A stretch of 50,521 nucleotides of DNA, counting the filler, from Bipalium vagum (Eukaryota), in NCBI GenBank assembly GCA_037834085.1. It is 3 parts of 3 records of this genome, joined end to end, with 100 filler letters (N's around TTAATTAATTAA, not from the genome) between each part and the next. Parts side by side here need not be neighbours in the genome. Positions count along the whole stretch, not along the records: positions 33,379 to 50,521 come from JBBMKC010076917.1; 2 more parts are not named here. One strand, 5' to 3'. Under the pieces are notes generated by a model. That model did no database searches and was not told the origin of the DNA. It was given only the letters and a program-made list of their open reading frames with translations. Made by a program: the position numbers and the translations under genes. How positions within the stretch are numbered: the stretch's first letter is position 1; every line of letters starts with the position of its first letter. Of the stretch, positions 50,453-50,521 are shown piece after piece.

Positions 50453-50521
<69 letters not shown>
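50453..50521 (+). repeat. (AAT)n microsatellite running off the window end
   Basis: About 23 perfect AAT units. Confidence 0.95.

Noticed and set aside
50453-50521. (AAT)n as a telomere
   Set aside because: Not a G-rich telomeric repeat; an ordinary microsatellite, and AAT runs are common in the window.
1-50521. CRISPR arrays, tRNA or rRNA genes, prokaryotic operons
   Set aside because: No regularly spaced repeats or recognisable RNA genes; spliceosomal introns show this is eukaryotic DNA.

Overview
Very AT-rich genomic DNA from an intron-containing eukaryote, almost certainly an invertebrate animal. A planarian-like flatworm is plausible but the taxon cannot be fixed from this window. Host genes are split into short exons by 30-65 nt GT-AG introns plus a few multi-kb transposon-filled introns, so the ORF track misses most of them. 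Manual splicing recovers: an AAK1/BMP2K (NAK) kinase on the minus strand (6 exons, 3' end not found in the window); a complete 4-exon COA1; a lone TMEM64 exon; a membrane-anchored EGFR-ligand-like gene; and two orphan, possibly CUB-like membrane-protein genes, one apparently intact and one decayed. The rest is mostly decayed transposons: many Tc1/mariner lineages, pogo and MITEs, Merlin, hAT-like, a near full-length RLE non-LTR retrotransposon, and a Penelope GIY-YIG fragment with a candidate minimal hammerhead ribozyme nested inside a Tc1/mariner element. There are three assembly gaps; two contain an artificial TTAATTAATTAA spacer. All family assignments are from motif recognition, not database searches.
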